In this document: positions 58,460 through 64,000 of the stretch, piece by piece | How the letters are laid out: the number at the start of each line of letters is the position of its first letter | Numbering within the stretch: the stretch's first letter is position 1 | NCBI GenBank assembly: GCA_944371995.1 | Contig: CALVYD010000004.1 | Location: 11,077-75,076 of the forward strand | Origin: an uncultured Bacilli bacterium | GTDB taxonomy: Bacteria; Bacillota_I; Bacilli_A; RF39; UBA660 | DNA length: 64,000 nucleotides | Direction: 5' to 3' | The notes under the pieces: model-generated | The model's database searches: none | What the model saw: only the letters and a program-made list of their open reading frames with translations | Told to the model about the DNA's origin: nothing | Translations under genes and position numbers: made by a program

Positions 58460-59686
58460 ATGCAATTTTTAGAGATTACAGAAGAAGAATATCGTAAGTT
58501 TTGGGAAAATCATCCATTAAAGACTTTTTTATCTGCACCTGAGATTGGTGAACTTAGAAAAAGTAATGGCTGGGATGTTTATTTTGTTGGTGTTAAAGAT
58601 AATAATGATGTAGTAGCAGCAGCGATGATTGTCTCTCATAAGCGTCATTTTGGTAAATATGAATTCTATTCTCCTAGAGGAGTTTTAGTTGATTATGAGA
58701 ATAAAGAGTTATTAGATTATTTTTTAAAGGAAATTAAGAATTTTGTTAGAAAACATCATGGCTATATTTTTAGAATGGATCCATATGTTATTTATAAAGA
58801 AAGAGATATTGATGGAAATATAGTAGAAGATGGTGTAGATCATAGTAATGTTGTTTCTCATTTAGAAAGTTTGGGATTTAAAAAGGTAAGTATTCCTGAT
58901 ATGGAACAAGTTGGTTGGATGTTTTCTTTACCGCTAGAAGGAAAGACTTGTGAACAAATATTAAAAGAGATGAAGCCTAATACTAGAAATACGATTCGTA
59001 AGACTGAAAAAATTGGTATTACTGTAAAAGAATTAGGATATGATGAATTGGATCGATTTCAAAATATTATGGTAGAAACTGGAGAAAGAAAGAATTTTTC
59101 TATTCGTAGTGTTGATTATTATCAAAAGATGTATGAACTTTTTCATGATAAGAGTGAAGTTAAGTATTATGTTACCGAGTTAGATTTAGTAAAGTATCAG
59201 AAGAAATTAGAAGAAGATAAAAAATCAGCAGAAGATAAGTTATCTAAGCTTAGTGATGCGAAATATAATGAAGGTCAAAAGAAAAACTTAGAGAATGAAA
59301 TTGCTTCTTATGAGAAGAGAATTAAGGAAGCAGAAGATATTAGAAAAGAGAAAAATACGGATGTTATTACTTTGTCTGGTTCGATGTTTATGATTATACA
59401 GCCTGAGATTATTTATTTATCTAGTGGTAATTATGAAGAGTTTATGAAATTTAATTCTCAATATTTATTACAATGGATGATGATTCAATACGGGATCGAA
59501 CATGGATTTAAGAAGCATAATTTTTATGGAATTCCTGCTAATATTAATGAGCATCCAAAAGATTATGGAATTTATGAGTTTAAACGGGGATTTAATGGTA
59601 TTGTTGAGGAGTTGATTGGTGAGTTTGAACTTCCTGTTACTTGGCATTATTATTTGATTAAGTTTATCCATAAAATTAGGAATTAG
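58460..59686 (+). CDS. FemABX/MurM peptidoglycan peptidyltransferase
   Basis: YSPRG, RMDP, coiled-coil insert, HNFYGI, GIYEFKRGFNG..EELIGEF. Confidence 0.92.
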   Translation: MQFLEITEEEYRKFWENHPLKTFLSAPEIGELRKSNGWDVYFVGVKDNNDVVAAAMIVSHKRHFGKYEFYSPRGVLVDYENKELLDYFLKEIKNFVRKHHGYIFRMDPYVIYKERDIDGNIVEDGVDHSNVVSHLESLGFKKVSIPDMEQVGWMFSLPLEGKTCEQILKEMKPNTRNTIRKTEKIGITVKELGYDELDRFQNIMVETGERKNFSIRSVDYYQKMYELFHDKSEVKYYVTELDLVKYQKKLEEDKKSAEDKLSKLSDAKYNEGQKKNLENEIASYEKRIKEAEDIRKEKNTDVITLSGSMFMIIQPEIIYLSSGNYEEFMKFNSQYLLQWMMIQYGIEHGFKKHNFYGIPANINEHPKDYGIYEFKRGFNGIVEELIGEFELPVTWHYYLIKFIHKIRN

Positions 59687-59767
59687 AGGAAGCTAGGGCT
59701 TCTTTTTTCTTGCTTTTTTAGTGCTTTCTTGATATTATATATGGAACTTTTAATAAGAGGGATAATT

Positions 59768-60610
59768 ATGAAGTGTGATTATATAAGTTTTGCTCAAAAG
59801 ATAATTGAAGGCAGATGTTCAACAAATAATGGTGATGATGTTTATCATTCTACTTCTTTTATTTATAAAACTACTAATGAAGATATGCAATACTATCAGA
59901 AGTATTTACAAGATTGTAATCGAGCCTTAACTGTGATTTCTTCGTCAGAACAAATTTTTAATCAAGTTGTAGAGGGAACTTCTAATATTGATATCTTTGA
60001 TATTAGTATTTTTCCATATTATTACTTTACCTTAAAAAGAGCAGGTATTCTTTTATTTTCAGAAGTGAATAAATATTGTGATTTTTTCTATGGTGATATT
60101 GATGTAGAAGGCGATGATTATTATGATGATATGTATGATGAAATGAGAAAATTTCTCGACTCTGATTCCAAAGAATTCTGGGATAGTTTATTTTCTTTTT
60201 ATGATTGGTCTGATATTTATCATTCGATGTTATTTTCTAGTGAACCTTATACATTAAAACGTGTTGTTAATAGAAATAAGCATTTACAACCAGTAGAATA
60301 CTTAAAATTGCATGATACTATTTCTAAAGTTAACTTTACTCCTTATATAGGTGATATTAATCAATTAGCAAGTGACTTACCATCTTCTTATGATGTAGTT
60401 AATTTATCTAATATTTCTACTTATCAATCTGTTGCAAGTTATCGGAAATTGTTGGAGGCGATTCCTTTAGAGAAAAATGGTCAAGTACTAAGTTATTTTT
60501 ATCAAATTGATGATAAGGTAAGAAATTCCTTTCAAGAGTTAAGTCCTATTTATGATGTTTTTCCTAACCATAATGGTGTTATGATTTATACAAAAAAAGC
60601 AAGTAAGTAG
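59768..60610 (+). CDS. DUF3419/BtaA-like SAM-binding protein
   Basis: TNED, ALTVISS, IDIFDIS....Y...LKRA, YDVVNLSNI. Confidence 0.6.
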   Translation: MKCDYISFAQKIIEGRCSTNNGDDVYHSTSFIYKTTNEDMQYYQKYLQDCNRALTVISSSEQIFNQVVEGTSNIDIFDISIFPYYYFTLKRAGILLFSEVNKYCDFFYGDIDVEGDDYYDDMYDEMRKFLDSDSKEFWDSLFSFYDWSDIYHSMLFSSEPYTLKRVVNRNKHLQPVEYLKLHDTISKVNFTPYIGDINQLASDLPSSYDVVNLSNISTYQSVASYRKLLEAIPLEKNGQVLSYFYQIDDKVRNSFQELSPIYDVFPNHNGVMIYTKKASK

Positions 60611-61292
60611 TTACTTGTATTTTTTACATTCTATGATATAGTTTTTGCTTTTTGTTTCTTTTTTTGATACCTATATATTGATATTTACCATAGCGTCTGA
60701 TACTGAATATATCATTTTCTTTTAGTTGGTAGGAGTTATTTTTTAGAATATCATAGTTTAATATTATTTCTTTATTTTTTATTTTTTCTATGATGTTTGG
60801 TCTGCTAGTTTGTATTAATCTAGAAATTACTGTATCAATTCTAGTACTTGATGCGATGATTTCGATTGCCTCATATTCTTTATGATATTCTTTTAGTGTT
60901 TCTAGAGGTACTTCTATTAATTCTACGTGAGAGTTTTTTATCAGTAATAAATTGTTTTTAATATAGGGAGCGATACTTTCTAATACATAGATATAATAAT
61001 GATTATTAGTAATTACTATGTCTCCAAATAGTTCACTGGTGATGTTTAGAGAAAAGAGTGTACCTAGTATTTCTCTATGTTCTAGAGGTATTTTTGATTT
61101 TATTTCATATAGAATTACTTTTGGTTCTTCTTTTATATAAAAGATGTTTTTTTCACTATCGGGATATGGTTTATATATTTGATATGGTTCTTTTTTTAAT
61201 TTTTTTGCTAGTTCTAGTTGTTCTTTTGGATCTAAGAAGAATGTTGCTTCTTTTCTATATAGACGGTTTAAGTTTTTTTCTATTTTGTACAT
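60611..61292 (-). CDS. ylmH: YlmH/Sll1252 S4-domain RNA-binding protein with a frameshift near the C-terminus
   Basis: TFFLDP, HREILGTLFSL, GDI, STRIDTVIS, SIRRYGK; a family-like end ETKSKNYIIECKKYK lies in another frame. Confidence 0.85.
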
Positions 61293-61403
61293 AGTATCAC
61301 CTTTTAATATTTTTTTTTAGGTTCTTTCTTTGTTCTTGCCTAGTATAGCATATTTTTAAGGATAGTAAAAGTATATAAAAATTGTTATAATAGATAGAAA
61401 TAA

Positions 61404-62450
61404 GTGGTGAAGTTTATGCAGGATTATATTAGTAATTTAGAAGAGTGGTTTTTAGAAAATAGACGGATTCTTCCTTGGAGGAGAGATAAGAATCCTTATC
61501 ATGTATGGATATCTGAGGTGATGCTTCAACAGACTAGAATTGAGGCGGTAATTTCTTATTATGAGAGGTTTATGAAAGAGTTACCTGATATCTCTTCTTT
61601 AGCAAATGTTTCAGAAGATAAATTATTGAAATTATGGGAGGGACTTGGTTATTATAATCGAGCTAGGAATTTGAAGAAGGCTGCTTTCATGATTATGGAA
61701 AAGTATGGAGGAGTATTTCCTACTACTTATGCAGAAATTATTCAATTGCCTGGTATTGGTGAGTATACAGCTAGTGCGATATCTTCTATTTGTTTTGGAG
61801 AAAATCAAGTTACTGTGGATGGAAATGTTATGAGAGTATTTACTAGGTTTTATAATGATTCTTCTAATATTTCTAAGGATAGTACTAGAGTGATGATTCA
61901 TGATAGATTACTTTCTATGATGTCTTTTGACCCTGGCTGTTTTAATGAAGCAATGATGGAGTTAGGAGAAGTTATTTGTATTCCTAATGGTATGCCAAAG
62001 TGTGATATTTGTCCTTTGAAAGAAGGGTGCCTATCTTATCAAAACAGTAACTATTATCTGTTTCCTGTAAAAGATGAGAAAAAGGTAAAAGAAGAAGTGG
62101 ATATGACAGTTATTATTCCTATTTGGTATGGTAAAACTCATGTTAGAAAGAGAAAGAGTCCAGGGCTTTTACATAATTTATATGAGTTTCCTAATATAGT
62201 TGGAAATAAGAGTATTGAAGAGATTAGAGAATGGTCTTTAGAGTATGGTATAGTAGAAAATATTAAGAAGAGTATTTGTTATACTCATGTGTTTACGCAT
62301 AAAAAGTGGAAAATGCAGGCGTATTTTGTGACTTTTGAAAGTGTAAATTGTCAGGATATGTTTTATAGTGTTTCTGAGGTAGAAGAGCGTTTTGCTTTAC
62401 CAACAGCATTTAGTCCATTTTTATATCAGTTGAAGGAGGAGTTAAAATGA
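61404..62450 (+). CDS. mutY: A/G-specific adenine glycosylase
   Basis: WISEVMLQQT, WEGLGYYNRARNL, LPGIGEYTA, VDGNV, C6xC2xC5xC Fe-S motif. Confidence 0.96.
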   Translation: MVKFMQDYISNLEEWFLENRRILPWRRDKNPYHVWISEVMLQQTRIEAVISYYERFMKELPDISSLANVSEDKLLKLWEGLGYYNRARNLKKAAFMIMEKYGGVFPTTYAEIIQLPGIGEYTASAISSICFGENQVTVDGNVMRVFTRFYNDSSNISKDSTRVMIHDRLLSMMSFDPGCFNEAMMELGEVICIPNGMPKCDICPLKEGCLSYQNSNYYLFPVKDEKKVKEEVDMTVIIPIWYGKTHVRKRKSPGLLHNLYEFPNIVGNKSIEEIREWSLEYGIVENIKKSICYTHVFTHKKWKMQAYFVTFESVNCQDMFYSVSEVEERFALPTAFSPFLYQLKEELK

Positions 62451-63202
62451 AGATAGTATCGTGGAATGTTGCGGGAATTCGGGCTTGCCTAAAGAAAGGT
62501 CTTAGTGAATTTTTTAAAGATGTTGATGCTGATATTTTTTGTATGCAAGAAGTAAAAGCAATGGAAGATCAGTTTGATTTTAGACCAGATGGTTATACTA
62601 TGTATTTATATCCAGCAGAGCGTAAGGGATATTCTGGTACTGTTATTTTTAGTCGAGTTAAACCTATTTCTGTTACATATGGAATAGGAGATTCGGAGTA
62701 TGATAGTGAAGGTCGTAATATTACCTTAGAGTTTGATTCCTTTTATTTAGTTAATTGTTATGTACCAAATGTAAAACGAGATTTATCTAGAATGGAATCT
62801 CGTATGCGGTATGAAGATTTGTTTTTAGCTTATATCAAAAAGTTAGAAGAGAATAAACCAGTTATTTTCTGTGGTGATATGAATGTTGCTCATGAAGAGA
62901 TAGATATTAAGAATGCTAAATCTAATATTGGTAATGCTGGTTTTACTTATGAAGAACGTGGTAAGTTTAGTCGATTATTACAAACAGGATTTATTGATAC
63001 TTTTCGTTATTTATATCCAGATAGGCGTGATGCTTATACATGGTGGAGTTATATGAAGGGTGTTAGAGAGAGAAATATTGGCTGGAGAATTGATTATTTT
63101 GTAGTATCTAAGTCGTTTATTTCTAAAGTTAAAGATAGTCTTATTTATAAAGATATATTAGGTAGTGATCATTGTCCTATTGGACTTATTATCGAGGAGT
63201 AA
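62447..63202 (+). CDS. xth: Exodeoxyribonuclease III / AP endonuclease
   Basis: SWNVAG, QEVK, GDMN, GWRIDYF, SDHCP. Confidence 0.95.
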   Translation: MKIVSWNVAGIRACLKKGLSEFFKDVDADIFCMQEVKAMEDQFDFRPDGYTMYLYPAERKGYSGTVIFSRVKPISVTYGIGDSEYDSEGRNITLEFDSFYLVNCYVPNVKRDLSRMESRMRYEDLFLAYIKKLEENKPVIFCGDMNVAHEEIDIKNAKSNIGNAGFTYEERGKFSRLLQTGFIDTFRYLYPDRRDAYTWWSYMKGVRERNIGWRIDYFVVSKSFISKVKDSLIYKDILGSDHCPIGLIIEE

Positions 63203-63204
63203 AT

Positions 63205-64000
63205 ATGAAAGAGTTTTTTTCTAATTTAAAATTTGTTTGGCAATATGCTAAAGATCAAAAAGCAAAATTAATTAAATATATTTTATGTAATTTTGTTGTG
63301 GTTATTATTAGTGTTGTTGTGCCAATTATTAGTGCTAATATAATTATATATTTAACAGATAGTATGTTTTATCAGTTGCTGATGATGGCATCGGTGTTAT
63401 GTTTACTTGAATTGTTACGTAACATGTTAAATTATTTTTCTAGATATTATTCTATGATTATTTTTCGGGAATCGTTTATAAAAATACAAACAGCATTAGG
63501 AAAAAATATATTAAGATTAGAAAATAAAATTATTGATTCTAATAGTTCAGGAGTATTTATTCAAAGACTTACTAGTGATACTAGTAGACTGGCGGATATT
63601 TTTAATGTTTTGAATTTGTATCTTAGCAGAATATTAATTAATCTTGGTATTTTTATTGCGGTATTTATTATTAGTTTTAGAGCCTTTATTTATTTATTTA
63701 ATTGTTATGGTTATTGTACTTTATCTGATTGAGAGAAGGAGAGTTAGCATATATAATAGTAAGGATAAGGAATTTCGTAAGGAAAATGAGAAAGTTACTG
63801 GTTTTGTTTCCGAAATTGTTAGAGGACTTCGTGATATTAAAATGTTACATTCGGAAGATAGTTTTTCTTCTGAACTTCATAGCCAGGTAGAGGAATTAAA
63901 TCAGAGTAGATATTTGATGATGAGAGTTAATAATAGGTATAATTGTCTTCATTTTTGTTTACAGGATGTCTTTGATTTAGGATTAATCTTTTTATTGGTA
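63205..64000 (+). pseudogene. ABC exporter (TM domain), frameshifted near 63700; runs off the window end
   Basis: SSGVFIQRLTSD motif; continues in another frame as IVMVIVLYLIERRR...EIVRGLRDIKML. Confidence 0.8.

Noticed and set aside
565-61901. Many short overlapping or antisense ORFs in the track (e.g. 565-939, 8720-8977, 9220-9528, 18491-18706, 44075-44320, 52948-53145, 55362-55562)
   Set aside because: Most are shadows of well-supported genes; none has a convincing RBS or recognisable motif

Overview
A very AT-rich chromosomal segment from a reduced-genome, spore-gene-carrying Bacilli-type bacterium; an RF39-like gut lineage is my inference from gene content. It uses standard code 11 and almost all genes lie on the + strand. 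The backbone is housekeeping with Bacillus-like synteny: serS with a T-box, miaB-ymcA-cotE, rpsP-khpA, uppS-cdsA-rseP, priA-fmt-rlmN-prpC-prkC-rsgA-rpe, tex and mutY-xth. Cell-wall enzymes, a thioester-domain adhesin plus sortase, and many orphan genes are interspersed. Signals not explained by the ORF track: (1) a cas-less 4-repeat/3-spacer CRISPR mini-array at 24394-24633 with its own sigma-A promoter and terminator, all spacers antisense to coding-like sequence; (2) two adjacent class III ribonucleotide reductase systems, the second split, with its glycyl-radical domain on a separate 54-aa ORF (55536-55700) missing from the ORF track; (3) two related IS200/IS605 tnpB 3'-end/right-end remnants, each directly upstream of an orphan kinase-like gene; (4) sporulation sigma-type promoters in front of unknown genes; (5) three genes broken by single frameshift or nonsense events. 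All calls are by eye and none were checked by database search.
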